A stretch of DNA of 64,000 nucleotides from an uncultured Actinomycetota bacterium (GCA_963743975.1 CAVURS010000003.1:66780-130779); one strand, 5' to 3'; positions 20,129 to 30,122 are shown, counted from the first letter of the stretch. Numbers and translations are program-made. Notes: generated by a model from the letters alone, not told the origin.

Positions 20129-21383
20129 ATGACCGACCTCCTCTGGCCGGGAAGCCATCGGGCCGGCGACCTGATGAGCGACACCTCCCTGCTGCGCGCC
20201 ATGGTGGACGTCGAGTCCGCGTGGCTCGCTGCGCTCGTCGAGCTCAAGGTGGTCGAGGCGTCGGCGTCCGACGATCTCGCCGGTCTGGTGACGGGCGACG
20301 ACGCCGGTGCGATCGCCGTCGAGGCCGAGTCCGGCGGCAACCCCGTCATCCCGCTCGTGGCCCTGCTGCGCGAGCGCGTCGCCGCGCGCTCGCCCGCCGC
20401 CGCGCGGTCCCTGCACCGGGGGCTGACCAGCCAGGACGTGCTCGACACCGCCCTCCAGCTGGCGCTGCGCGACGTGACCGACCGGCTGCAGCGGGAGCTG
20501 TCGGCGCAGGTCGCGGCGCTCACATCGCTCGCCGAGCGGCACCGGGGCAGCGTGATGGCCGGCCGCACGCTGACCCAGAGCGCGGTGCCGATCACCTTCG
20601 GGCTCAAGGCCTCGACCTGGCTGCAGGGTCTGCTCGACGCGGCGGACGACCTCGCCCGCGTCGCCGGCGGCCTGTCCAGCCAGCTCGGTGGAGCCGCCGG
20701 AACCCTCGCTGCGACAACGCTGCTCGCCGAGCAGGCCGGTCACGCGGACCCGGCGCGGACCGCGCTCGAGGTGGCCGAGTCGGCTGCCGCACCGGCTCGG
20801 CCTGGCGTCGCGAGCGCCGTGGCACACCGCACGCGCCCCGGTGACCCGGGTCGGTGACGCGCTCGTCGGGTGCACGGATGCCTGGGGCCGCGTCGCCGGC
20901 GATGTGCTCACCCTGTCCAGACCCGAGATCGCCGAGCTGGCCGAGCCGCGGGCTGACGGCCGCGGGACGTCGTCCGCGATGCCGCAGAAGGCCAACCCGA
21001 TCCTGTCGGTCCTGATCCACCGGGCGGCCCTCGCGGCTCCCGGCCTGGCCGCGCAGCTGCACCTTGCCGCCGCCGAGGCTCACGACGAGCGACCGGACGG
21101 CGCCTGGCACCTCGAGTGGTCGACCCTTCAGCTCCTCGCCCGGCGTACGGTCACGGCGGCCGCCGAGGCGACCGAGCTGCTGTCCGGGCTGCGGGTCGAT
21201 GCCGACCGCATGCAGGCCAACGCCGCTGCCGCCTCGGACGACCTCCTGGCCGAGGGGCGCTCCGTCGTCGGCGACTCCGAGGCGCCGGCCCTGACCGGAC
21301 CGTCCGACTACCTGGGCGCGAGCGATCTGCTCATCGACGCGGCCGTGGCCCGGGCCCGGGCGTTCCTGGAGGTGACCCGATGA
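20129..21383 (+). pseudogene. pcaB: 3-carboxy-cis,cis-muconate cycloisomerase; one frame break
   Basis: ORF 20129..20857 (fumarate-lyase fold, GLTSQDVLDTA, MAGRTLTQSAVPITFG) joins ORF 20688..21383 (LGLASRAPWHTARAP...GTSSAMPQKANP). Junction near 20780-20795. Confidence 0.85.
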
Positions 21384-22580
21384 GCGCCGTGCCCGTCATC
21401 ACCGGTGTCCAGCTGACATCCGCGTCGCCACGACGTCCTCTGCTGGTGGTCGGGCCCTCCCTCGGCGTCAGTGCCGAAACCCTCTGGGGCGCAGCGGCCT
21501 CGCGGCTCGCCGACGACTTCCACGTCGTCGGCTGGGACCTCCCCGGTCACGGCCGTTCGGCCCCGGCCGCTGTGCCGTTCGACCTGGAGCAGGTGGCCGT
21601 CGGAGTGATGGCGGTCGTCGACGGCGTGCTGGCCGAGCGCGGTGAGCCGGGAGGCTCGTTCGTCTACGCCGGCAACTCGGTCGGTGGCGCCGTCGGGCTG
21701 CAGCTCATGCTCGACCACCCGGGGCGCGTCTCGTCGGCGACGCTGCTCTGCACCGGCGCGACGATCGGCGACCGCGCAGGGCTGGGCGGAGCGGGCCGAG
21801 CTGGTGCGCTCGTCCGGCACTCCGGTGATGGTGGAGGCATCCGCCGCGCGGTGGTTCGGGCCCGGTTTCATCGACCGCGAGCCCGAGGCCGCCACCGGCC
21901 TCCTCCGTGCGCTGCAGGACACCGACCGGTTCGGCTACGCCTGGACCTGTGAGGCCCTGGCCCGCTTCGACGTGCGGGAGCGACTGCCGGAGATCGGCGT
22001 GCCGGTGCTCGCCGTCGCGGGGGCCCACGACGAGACGACGCCGGTGGCGTCGTTGCGCGAGATCGCCGAGGGAGTGGCCCGCGGGCGACTGGTCGTCCTC
22101 GACGACGTGGCCCACCAGGCACCCGCCGAGGATCCGGACGACGTGGCCCGGCTGATCCGGGAGCACAGCGCCGGGCCGCTCACGTCCGACCAGGTGCATG
22201 CGGCCGGTATGGCGGTGCGGCGGTCAGTGCTCGGACCGGCGTGGGTGGACCGGGCGGAGGCGGGCGCGACCGCCTTCACCCGTGAGTTCCAGGACCTGAT
22301 CACCGAGTACGTCTGGGGCACCATCTGGACCCGGCCCGGCCTGGACCGCCGCAGCCGGTCGCTGATCACCCTGACCGCGATGGTGGCGCGGGGCCACCAT
22401 GACGAGCTCGCTCTGCACGTGCGCGGCGCGATCAACAACGGGGTCACCGTCGAAGAGATCAAGGAGACCCTTCTGCAGACGGCGATCTACTGCGGTGTGC
22501 CGGATGCGAATACGGCGTTCCGCATCGCGCAGGCAGTGCTGGCCGACATCGACGCCGAGCGGGAGCGGGACGGGTCATGA
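21380..22580 (+). pseudogene. pcaL: fused 3-oxoadipate enol-lactonase / 4-carboxymuconolactone decarboxylase; one frame break
   Basis: ATG 21380 overlaps the pcaB stop. The alpha/beta-hydrolase half (VVGWDLPGHGRS, YAGNSVGG) is in ORF 21116..21952. After a junction near 21770-21782 the sequence continues in ORF 21642..22580, with the CMD motif LDRRSRSLITLTAMVARGHHDELALHVRGAINNG. Confidence 0.85.
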
Positions 22581-23773
22581 GCGAGTCCTTCCTCTACGAC
22601 GCGGTGCGTACGCCGTTCGGCCGGTTCGGCGGGGGGCTGTCGGCCGCGCGCCCGGACGACCTGGCGGCCCATGTCCTGCGGACCCTCATGAGCCGTACGC
22701 CCGACCTCGACCCGGCCGCCGTCGACGAGGTCATCCTCGGCAACGCCAACGGAGCGGGCGAGGACAACCGGAACGTCGCGCGGATGGCGCTGCTGCTGGC
22801 CGGGCTGCCGGTGTCCGTGCCCGGCACGTCGGTCAACCGGCTCTGCGGCTCGAGCCTGGACGCCGCGATGATGGCTTCCCGCTCGATCGAGTGCGGGGAC
22901 AGCGAGATCGTCCTCGCGGGCGGTGTGGAGTCCATGACCAGGGCGCCCTGGGTCCTGCCCAAGCCGGACCGTGCCTTCCCGGCCCGCGACGTCACCGCGG
23001 TCTCCACGACCCTGGGCTGGCGGCTGGTCAACCCGGCCATGCCGAAGGAGTGGACCGTCTCGCTCGGTGAGGCGAACGAGCAGCTGCAGGAGGAGTTCGG
23101 CATCTCCCGCGAGCGGCAGGACGAGTTCGCGGCCCGCTCCCACCAGCGGGCTCATGCCGCCTGGGAGGCGGGCTTCTACGACGACCTCGTCGCCGCCGTC
23201 CCCGGCACCGACCTCACCCGCGACGAGGGCATCCGTCCCGAGTCGACGGTCCGGACGCTGGCCGGCCTGCAGCCGGCGTTCCGCCCCGACGGCACGATCA
23301 CCGCGGGCAACGCGTCACCGCTCAACGACGGCGCGTCCGGCGTCCTGCTCGGCTCGGGGTCGGCCGCCGTTGCGTTGCACCGCGATCCGTCCTCCCGGAT
23401 CGCCGGCCGCGGAGCAGCCGCCCTCGAGCCGCAGCGCTTCGGGTACGCACCCGTCGAGGCGGCGAACCGGGCACTGGCCCGGGCCGGCATCTCGTGGGCG
23501 GACGTCGGCGCGGTCGAGCTCAACGAGGCCTTCGCGGTGCAGTCGCTCGCCTGCATCGACGCGTGGAAGGTGGACCCCGAGATCGTCAACACCCGAGGCG
23601 GTGCCATCGCCATCGGTCATCCGCTCGGCGCATCGGGCGGGCGGATCCTGGGCACGCTGGACAAGGTGCTGACCGAGGGCCACCACCGGTGGGGGGTCGC
23701 GGCGATCTGCATCGGGGTCGGCCAGGGTCTCGCGGTCGTCCTGGAGAACCTCGACGCCGGGACCGCGGCGTGA
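22577..23773 (+). CDS. pcaF: beta-ketoadipyl-CoA thiolase (acetyl-CoA C-acyltransferase)
   Basis: Intact 398-aa ORF. Thiolase motifs VNRLCGSSLDA, NEAFAVQ and GGAIAIGHPLGASG. ATGA overlap with the pcaL stop. Confidence 0.85.
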   Translation: MSESFLYDAVRTPFGRFGGGLSAARPDDLAAHVLRTLMSRTPDLDPAAVDEVILGNANGAGEDNRNVARMALLLAGLPVSVPGTSVNRLCGSSLDAAMMASRSIECGDSEIVLAGGVESMTRAPWVLPKPDRAFPARDVTAVSTTLGWRLVNPAMPKEWTVSLGEANEQLQEEFGISRERQDEFAARSHQRAHAAWEAGFYDDLVAAVPGTDLTRDEGIRPESTVRTLAGLQPAFRPDGTITAGNASPLNDGASGVLLGSGSAAVALHRDPSSRIAGRGAAALEPQRFGYAPVEAANRALARAGISWADVGAVELNEAFAVQSLACIDAWKVDPEIVNTRGGAIAIGHPLGASGGRILGTLDKVLTEGHHRWGVAAICIGVGQGLAVVLENLDAGTAA

Positions 23774-24465
23774 CCACCGTCTGCCCGACCGCCGACGACG
23801 CCGTCCGCGGCATCGAGGACGGCGCGACCGTCCTCGTCGGCGGCTTCGGAGCGGCCGGTCAGCCGGTCGAGCTGATCGACGCGCTGATCCGCAGCGGTGC
23901 CAGGGACCTGACCGTGGTGAGCAACAACGCCGGCAACGGCGACCTCGGCCTGGCTGCGCTCCTCGCGGGCGGCCAGGTGCGCAAGATGATCTGCTCCTTC
24001 CCCCGGCAGAGCGACTCGTACGTGTTCGACGCGCTCTACCGGGCCGGGAAGATCGAGCTGGAGGTGGTCCCGCAGGGCAACCTGGCCGAGCGGATGCGGG
24101 CGGCCGGGGCGGGGATCGGCGCGTTCTACACCCCCACCGGGGTCGGCACCCTCCTCGCGGAGGGGAAGGAGACCAGGACCATCGACGGTCGCGACCACGT
24201 GCTGGAGTTCCCGATCCGCGGGGACGTCGCGCTGATCAAGGCGCACCGCTCCGACCTGCTCGGCAACCTCGTCTACCGCAAGACCGCGCGCAACTTCGGT
24301 CCGGTGATGGCGACCGCCGCGACGGTGACCGTCGTGCAGGTCGACGAGGTCGTCGCCGCAGGGGAGCTCGACCCCGAGGCGGTGGTGACGCCCGGCATCT
24401 TCGTCGACCGCGTGGTGGTGTGCCCGGCCCCGGGATCCCCGGGCGCGACCGGAGCGGTCGGATGA
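23770..24465 (+). CDS. pcaI: 3-oxoadipate:succinyl-CoA transferase subunit A
   Basis: GTG 23770 overlaps the pcaF stop. ATVLVGGFGAAGQPVELIDALI..VSNNAGN..GELDPEAVVTPGIFVDRVV. Confidence 0.85.
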   Translation: MTTVCPTADDAVRGIEDGATVLVGGFGAAGQPVELIDALIRSGARDLTVVSNNAGNGDLGLAALLAGGQVRKMICSFPRQSDSYVFDALYRAGKIELEVVPQGNLAERMRAAGAGIGAFYTPTGVGTLLAEGKETRTIDGRDHVLEFPIRGDVALIKAHRSDLLGNLVYRKTARNFGPVMATAATVTVVQVDEVVAAGELDPEAVVTPGIFVDRVVVCPAPGSPGATGAVG

Positions 24466-25112
24466 CCGCCGAGAACCTGGATCGCGGCCCGCTGAGCCGG
24501 GCCGAGCTGGCGGCGCGGGTGGCCGCCGACATCCCGCCCGGTTCCTACGTGAACCTCGGCATCGGCCAGCCCACCACCGTCGCGGAGCACCTGAGCCCGG
24601 AGAGCGGTGTGGTGCTCCACACGGAGAACGGCATGCTCGGCATGGGACCGGTCGCGCACGGCGACCAGATCGACCCTGATCTGATCAACGCGGGGAAGGT
24701 CCCGGTGACCGAAACCCTTGGTGCGTCGTACTTCCATCACGCCGACTCCTTCGCGATGATGCGCGGCGGTCACCTGGACGTCTGCGTGCTCGGGGCCTTC
24801 CAGGTCTCCGAGCGGGGCGATCTCGCCAACTGGCACACCGGTGAGCCCGACGCCATCCCGGCCGTCGGTGGGGCGATGGACCTGGCCATCGGGGCGAAGC
24901 GCGTCCTGGTGATGATGACGCTCTTCGACAAGAGCGGCCAGGCCAAGCTCGTGCCGCGCTGTACGTATCCCGTCACCGGTCTGGGCTGCGTGAGCCGGAT
25001 CTACACCGACGTCGCGGTCTTCGATCTGGGCTCCGAGGGCGTCAGCGTGGTCGAGACGTTCGGTACCGCCGTCGCCGACCTCAGGACGAAGCTGGACGTC
25101 GACCTGGCCTGA
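24462..25112 (+). CDS. pcaJ: 3-oxoadipate:succinyl-CoA transferase subunit B
   Basis: ATG 24462 overlaps the pcaI stop. VNLGIGQPT..LHTENGMLG..QVSERGDLANW (catalytic Glu context SENG-like ENG). Confidence 0.85.
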   Translation: MTAENLDRGPLSRAELAARVAADIPPGSYVNLGIGQPTTVAEHLSPESGVVLHTENGMLGMGPVAHGDQIDPDLINAGKVPVTETLGASYFHHADSFAMMRGGHLDVCVLGAFQVSERGDLANWHTGEPDAIPAVGGAMDLAIGAKRVLVMMTLFDKSGQAKLVPRCTYPVTGLGCVSRIYTDVAVFDLGSEGVSVVETFGTAVADLRTKLDVDLA

Positions 25113-25116
25113 GCGA

Positions 25117-25132
25117 CGGCCGGATCCGGCCG
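25117..25132. terminator. 16-bp perfect palindrome between convergent genes
   Basis: CGGCCGGATCCGGCCG lies within the 27-nt gap between the pcaJ stop (25112) and the stop of the minus-strand membrane gene (25140). No U tract. Confidence 0.4.
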
Positions 25133-25139
25133 CCGTCTC

Positions 25140-25868
25140 TCAGAAGATGACCAGGTGGGCGACGGCGACTCCGAGGACGGCGAGGGGGAGGCTCGCGAGC
25201 ACCACCGCCAGGCGGCCACGTCGGCCCCGTCCGGCGAGCACCAGCACGACAACGGCGAGCGCGAGCGTGATGGCCGCTGTCTCCAGGACACCGGCCTGGT
25301 CGTAGTTCCCGTCGCCGATGCGGAGCGTCTCTCTCGCGGCCTCCGCCAGGAACGCCGCCACGGGCAGGCTCACCCCGACCACGTGCAGCAGGCCGCTCGG
25401 CCGCCGGGACCAGCTGCCGGCCGCGCCGAAGAGCGCGCCGGCCAGGACCGCGGACAACAACCAGCGCCTGGTGCTGTGCTCGGCCAGCAGCAGGCTGGTG
25501 CTGTCGTGCAGGCCGATGACCGCGGCGACCTCGTACGCCTCGACGGCGACGACGAGCAGCACGACGCCGGACACGGCCGGCAGCCACCGGCGCCCGGGGA
25601 CCCACGCGCCGAGGACGAAGGCCGCGAGCGCCCAGACGGCTGACGAGTTCGCGAGGTTGGCCCATGGGTACGGCAGCACCTGCTGGGCGCCGAGATCGAG
25701 GAGACCGAGGACGATGCCGGCCAGGACGCTGACGCCGAGCGTGTAGAGGACACCCCGTGGGGCTGCTGCGGGGACGCGGGACTCCTCGTCCGGCGGGCGC
25801 GGCAGGTCAGGGGAGGCCTGGCGCTGGGGCCCGGCCGACGGGGTCATGGGATGCGCTCCTGAGTCCAC
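25140..25868 (-). CDS. hypothetical integral membrane protein
   Basis: ORF 25140..25868. Pro/charged N-terminus followed by about 6 hydrophobic spans. It starts 15 nt downstream of the GT-C gene, so probably belongs to the same operon. Confidence 0.55.
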   Translation of the reverse strand: MDSGAHPMTPSAGPQRQASPDLPRPPDEESRVPAAAPRGVLYTLGVSVLAGIVLGLLDLGAQQVLPYPWANLANSSAVWALAAFVLGAWVPGRRWLPAVSGVVLLVVAVEAYEVAAVIGLHDSTSLLLAEHSTRRWLLSAVLAGALFGAAGSWSRRPSGLLHVVGVSLPVAAFLAEAARETLRIGDGNYDQAGVLETAAITLALAVVVLVLAGRGRRGRLAVVLASLPLAVLGVAVAHLVIF

Positions 25869-25883
25869 GGTCGGGACGGCTGG

Positions 25884-27375
25884 CTAATCGTAGTGCTGCA
25901 GGCCGGGCCAGACCGCCGCCCATCCGGCGGCCGGGACGTGGCAGAGGGCGACGGCGCTGCCTTGCTCCTCGTTGTCGATGCCGAGGTGGTTGTCCATGGT
26001 GGTGATCTGGTGGCAGCCGGAGAGGTGCCTGGCCAGGTCGCCGAAGTCCTCGGTCCAGGCGAGGACGATGTCGCGGCCCTCGGGTGGCGGACCCTCGTAG
26101 TAGAGCTGGTTCTGCCCGCTGAAGACCGGCGGGAGGTCGTGGCCGTATCGCGCGACGGCCCCCGCCTCGCCGTAGTTACCGGTGAAGACGACCACGCGCG
26201 GGCGCTCGGTGGCCGGGATCTGCCGGTACGCCGACCGCAGCGTCGCGACGTACGCGGGCCACCCCACCTGGTCCCCGATGGTGGGGTTCAGGGCGGCCTG
26301 GATGCTGACGTGCGACAGCGGCAGCAGGGGCAACGCGATGAACGCGTTGACCGCGCCGTTCAGTGCGATGGCGACGACCAGCAGCCACGTGGGGCCGCGG
26401 TCGGCGGCCCAGCCCGCGGCCAGGAGGAGTGCGAGCAGCCCGAAGGCGTAGTAGATCTGGCCGCCACCGAGGAAGGTCAGGACCAACGCGACCACCGCTG
26501 CCACCGCGAGGCCCCGGACCGGCCGCCAGGCCGGGCGTCGCAGCAGCGCGACGAACCCGACGACGACGAGCACGAACAGCGGTGGTCCGATCAACAGGAC
26601 CTGGTAGGGGATCAGCTGAGCCCTGACGTCGCTCGCGTTGTTGTCGTGCAACGCTCGGGCCATCGTGAGCTGAGGGAAGTGGTGCGTCGCCTGGTAGACG
26701 AGCGTCGGTGCGCTCAGGGCGATGGCGATGAGGACGCCGAGCCACAGGTGTAAGGAGCGGAACACCGATCGCGGGCCGACGGCCAGAACGCCGACGGCGA
26801 CCGAGATCACCAGGATCCCCACCAGGAGCTTGTTGTCCGCGGCCACGCCCGATGACCGCGCCGGCGGCCAGCCACCACCGTGGTCCGCGGAGCAGGGCCC
26901 GCGTGATCGCGAGCAGGGCCGCGGCCCACAGGGTCAGGTCGACGGTGCTGGTGACGAAGTAGTGGCCGCCCAGCAGGGGCAGGGCGGTGGAGGCGTAACC
27001 CCACGCGGCCAGGGCCTGGGCCCGGCGAGAGCCGCCCAGCTCACGCGCGGTCAGGGCGGCGAGCACGACCCCTGCCGCCGTGAACAGGGGAGCCAGGGCT
27101 CGCAGCCCGAAGACCGTGTCGCCGAAGAGGCGGATCGACGCCTTGGCCAGCAGCGGCGTGAGGAAGGGCTGGTCGACGTACCCCCACCGCAGCGGCAGCA
27201 TCCGGAAGTAGAGCTCGTCGCGGTGATAGCCGTAGCGCGACAACGTGGCGTACAGCAGCCCCAGCACGACGATCACCGCGGCCGCGATCCAGCGCCAGGG
27301 CGGGTCGGCGAGACCCGGGCTGGCTGCCGGGCCGCCGTCTCCGGCAACCGGATCGGCCGTAGCCGCCGTGCTCAC
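25884..27375 (-). pseudogene. GT-C fold glycosyltransferase (family 39 / ArnT-PMT-like); one frame break
   Basis: ORF 26176..27375 N-terminus (YGYHRDELYFRMLPLRWGYVDQPFLTPLL, multiple TM) joins ORF 25884..26846 (AADNKLLVGILVIS...). Junction near 26846-26852. The GTG start overlaps the AraC stop (27372-27375). Confidence 0.65.
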
Positions 27376-28481
27376 GGCGTACCTGCACTCTCCTCGTCGT
27401 ACGCCGCGGGGAGATCCAGTCCGCGCCGCCGGTTCGACCGCAACGTCTGCGACGGAGACTCCAGGTACCGCGCCCGGTACTCCAGCGCGAAGCGACCCAG
27501 GTGCGTGAAGCCCCAGCGGGTGGCGACCTCGGAGACCATGAGGGTGCCCGGCTCGGCCGCGGCGAGCTCGGCGTGCGCGCGCTCCAGGCGCACCTCGCGC
27601 AGGTACGTCATCGGCGAGACCCCGATGCTCGAGCGGAACGACTGCTGGATGCTGCGCACGCTCACCGACACCTGGGCCGCCAGCGTGGTCACGGTCCAGG
27701 CCCGGTGCGGGTCCGACTGGAGGAGATCCATCGCCCGCGCCAGGGATCGGCGGCCGGACTGGGCCACCGGCTCGACCAGCTCGTCGCTGAAGTTGTGCGG
27801 CACGCTCAGCAACACGTTGTCGAGCAACGCCTGTTCCAGGTGCTGACTGGTCAGGGGATGGTCGAGCAGGCCGCCGCGGATGCGCGACTCGCGGTCGATC
27901 AACCGCAGCGTCCGGAGAAGCGCGCGGCCGGGAAGGCTCATCAGGTCGAGCGCGGGCCCGAAGTCGAGCCGGCGCAGGACCGGGTGGCCGACCAGGTGCT
28001 CGACCTCTCGCTGCAGTGTCTCTCGCGGGAGCATCAGGCAGACCTGAGCGCAGTGGTCTGCCCAGTCGAGGTCCGCCGGCAGGCCCGGCATGAAGACGCC
28101 GGCGGTGTCGGGGGTGCTGTACACCGGGTCGCGCCGGCCGCTGCGGACGAGCGCCCGGCCGCTCAACGGGACGTCGATGTGGTAGTTCTCCGGCTCCACG
28201 GTGCGTATCCGGACCGGCTCCTCGAAGCGAAGGAAGCCGGCGGTCAGGCGGCCGACCGTGACGACGTTCAACTGCACGGGAAAGCGTTTCGAGCGTCGCG
28301 CCGGCTCGAGCTCCACCGGCAGGAAGACATCACTGAGGACGTCACGGGCGTGGTCGCGGTCGTTGGTCCTGGCGGCGACGTGCGAGGGAAAGAAGTCCTG
28401 TCCTCCCACCAGATCGAGGGACCGCGACGTCACCACTCCAGGGTAGGTCCGCGCCGGAGCAGCCCGTGACCACGCGCTCAC
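27372..28481 (-). CDS. AraC-family transcriptional regulator
   Basis: Intact ORF. C-terminal dual HTH WTVTTLAAQVSVSVRSIQQSFRSSIGVSPMTYLREVRLERAHAEL...VSEVATRWGFTHLGRFALEYRARY. Confidence 0.85.
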   Translation of the reverse strand: MSAWSRAAPARTYPGVVTSRSLDLVGGQDFFPSHVAARTNDRDHARDVLSDVFLPVELEPARRSKRFPVQLNVVTVGRLTAGFLRFEEPVRIRTVEPENYHIDVPLSGRALVRSGRRDPVYSTPDTAGVFMPGLPADLDWADHCAQVCLMLPRETLQREVEHLVGHPVLRRLDFGPALDLMSLPGRALLRTLRLIDRESRIRGGLLDHPLTSQHLEQALLDNVLLSVPHNFSDELVEPVAQSGRRSLARAMDLLQSDPHRAWTVTTLAAQVSVSVRSIQQSFRSSIGVSPMTYLREVRLERAHAELAAAEPGTLMVSEVATRWGFTHLGRFALEYRARYLESPSQTLRSNRRRGLDLPAAYDEESAGTP

Positions 28482-28495
28482 AGATGTCCGTAAGA

Positions 28496-28663
28496 CTGCG
28501 TTTTGCGGATAGTGACATGCCGCGCAACGGACAAATCGTCTGCGGAATCACGAGAAATAGCTGCAGGGGTGGGCCTCGCACACCGACGTCACCCGTTTGC
28601 ATGGGCAGGGCGGCCAACTCTGCGTTTTCCGGATTGACCGGTGTTGCGGTCGCGAGTTTGCAT
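28496..28663. promoter_or_regulatory. two pairs of direct repeats in the AraC / orphan-gene divergent region
   Basis: CTGCGTTTTGCGGAT (28496-28510) and CTGCGTTTTCCGGAT (28620-28634). GTTTGCAT at 28595-28602 and 28656-28663. GC is locally lower. Confidence 0.4.
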
Positions 28664-28704
28664 TGATCAGCAGCGATGCAGCCAGCTCTTAGGGGGGCCC
28701 CTCA

Positions 28705-29325
28705 GTGGATCATGCTGAGCGTTTCGAGAAGCGGCGGACGGCCGTGCCCAGGCACGGGGAGAAGTGGACACCGGCATTCGCCACGGTCAGAGGTGCCGGA
28801 TGGTCGCGCCTGAGGTCGCAGGCGTCCGAGTCCAGCGCGACAGTGGACCGGAGAGACCTGAGCACGACGACTCGAGGCGCGATCACCGCCTACTTCCGGG
28901 TGGCGCAGGCGGCCGAGGGCCTGGCCATCGAGACGTTGTCGCGCAACGGGTTCTACGCCTGCCGCGACGACGGCGACCCGGATCGCCCGCCGGGCACGCG
29001 GGACATCTACGTCTCCCGGCACTACGGCATGACCAACCCGGGTCAGGGAACGATCGAGCTGCACCACATCCGGGCCGCAGAGCTGTTGCGAGCCGCCGGG
29101 GTCGACTGCGAAGACGTCGGGGGAGGGGTGGTCTGGGGCGTCCCGATCCCCGCCGCGCAGCTCCTGCCCGTGTGCGACGCCCGGACACGACGCCCCACCG
29201 GCTACACGGTCCGTGGCGCGACGTACGAGGAGGTCGAGGAGCGGATCCGCGTCCTCGCCGAGACCCTGGGAGTGGACCGGACCGAGATCGTGGTGGACTA
29301 CCACGATCCCTCCGCCGCCATGTGA
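28705..29325 (+). CDS. hypothetical protein, no recognisable domain
   Basis: ORF 28705..29325 has high GC3 throughout. The start is uncertain (GTG 28705 or GTG 28843). Sequence ...AITAYFRVAQAAEGLAIETLSRNGFYACRDDGD..IYVSRHYGMTNPGQGTIELHH... matches nothing I recognise. Confidence 0.5.
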   Translation: MDHAERFEKRRTAVPRHGEKWTPAFATVRGAGWSRLRSQASESSATVDRRDLSTTTRGAITAYFRVAQAAEGLAIETLSRNGFYACRDDGDPDRPPGTRDIYVSRHYGMTNPGQGTIELHHIRAAELLRAAGVDCEDVGGGVVWGVPIPAAQLLPVCDARTRRPTGYTVRGATYEEVEERIRVLAETLGVDRTEIVVDYHDPSAAM

Positions 29326-29467
29326 GCTGTCTGCGCCGGCATCGCAGTGACCGCAGGGACGGCCTGGTACCTCGAGCCGAACCGGCGCCGTGTCCGCGGG
29401 TCCGCCGTTCCTGACCACCTACTATCGACCGGACGCCGCCGTACAGGTCAGCAGCCGGGAGGTTCAG

Positions 29468-30073
29468 GTGCCGGACACCACGTGCCACATGTCGATCTCG
29501 CTGGACGGATTCGTCGCCGGGCCGGAGCAGAGCCTGGAGAACCCGTTGGGCAAGCGGGGACGCGAGCTGCACGGCTGGCACATCGGAGACCCGCGCGCGA
29601 CCGACGCCGACAGGCTCGCGGCCGACTGGCTGATGCGCCCCCGCGGCGCGTACGTGATGGGGCGGAACATGTACGGCCCGATCCGCGGGGACTGGGACGA
29701 GGAGTGGTCGGGCTGGTGGGGGCCCGAGCCGCCGTACCACGCGCCGGTGTTCGTGCTCACCCATCACCCTCATGACCCGATCCCGATGGACGGGGGGACG
29801 ACGTTCCACTTCGTGACCGAGGGGTTCGACGCGGCGTACTCCGCTGCCCGTGAGGTTGCCGGTGACCAGGGAGTGGACATCGCCGGTGGGGCGTCGACCG
29901 TCCGGCAGGCGTTGGCCGCCGGCGTGATCGACGAGCTCACCCTCGACATCGCACCGGTCCTGCTCGGCTCGGGTGAGCGCATCTTCGACGAGATCGACTC
30001 CTTCGACTTCGAACCGGCCGAGGTGCTTCACTCACCGCTGTCCACGCACATCCGCTACCGCCGCATCAGCTGA
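29468..30073 (+). CDS. dihydrofolate-reductase-like (RibD C-terminal domain) family protein
   Basis: In-frame GTG 29468 follows GGGAGG. MSISLDGFVAGPEQ...YVMGRNMY...VDIAGGASTVRQALAAGVIDELTLDIAPVLLGSGERIF. Confidence 0.75.
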   Translation: MPDTTCHMSISLDGFVAGPEQSLENPLGKRGRELHGWHIGDPRATDADRLAADWLMRPRGAYVMGRNMYGPIRGDWDEEWSGWWGPEPPYHAPVFVLTHHPHDPIPMDGGTTFHFVTEGFDAAYSAAREVAGDQGVDIAGGASTVRQALAAGVIDELTLDIAPVLLGSGERIFDEIDSFDFEPAEVLHSPLSTHIRYRRIS

Positions 30074-30122
30074 GTCCGGCCAGGATCCGCCACACCGACA
30101 ACCCAGGACAGGGGCCATCAGC

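Noticed and set aside
28466-28666. A 66-aa plus-strand ORF inside the AraC divergent intergenic region.
   Set aside because: GC3 is low and codons are unusual (gta, aga, ttt, aat, caa). It overlaps the AraC start and runs straight through the direct repeats, so a regulatory-DNA interpretation fits better.
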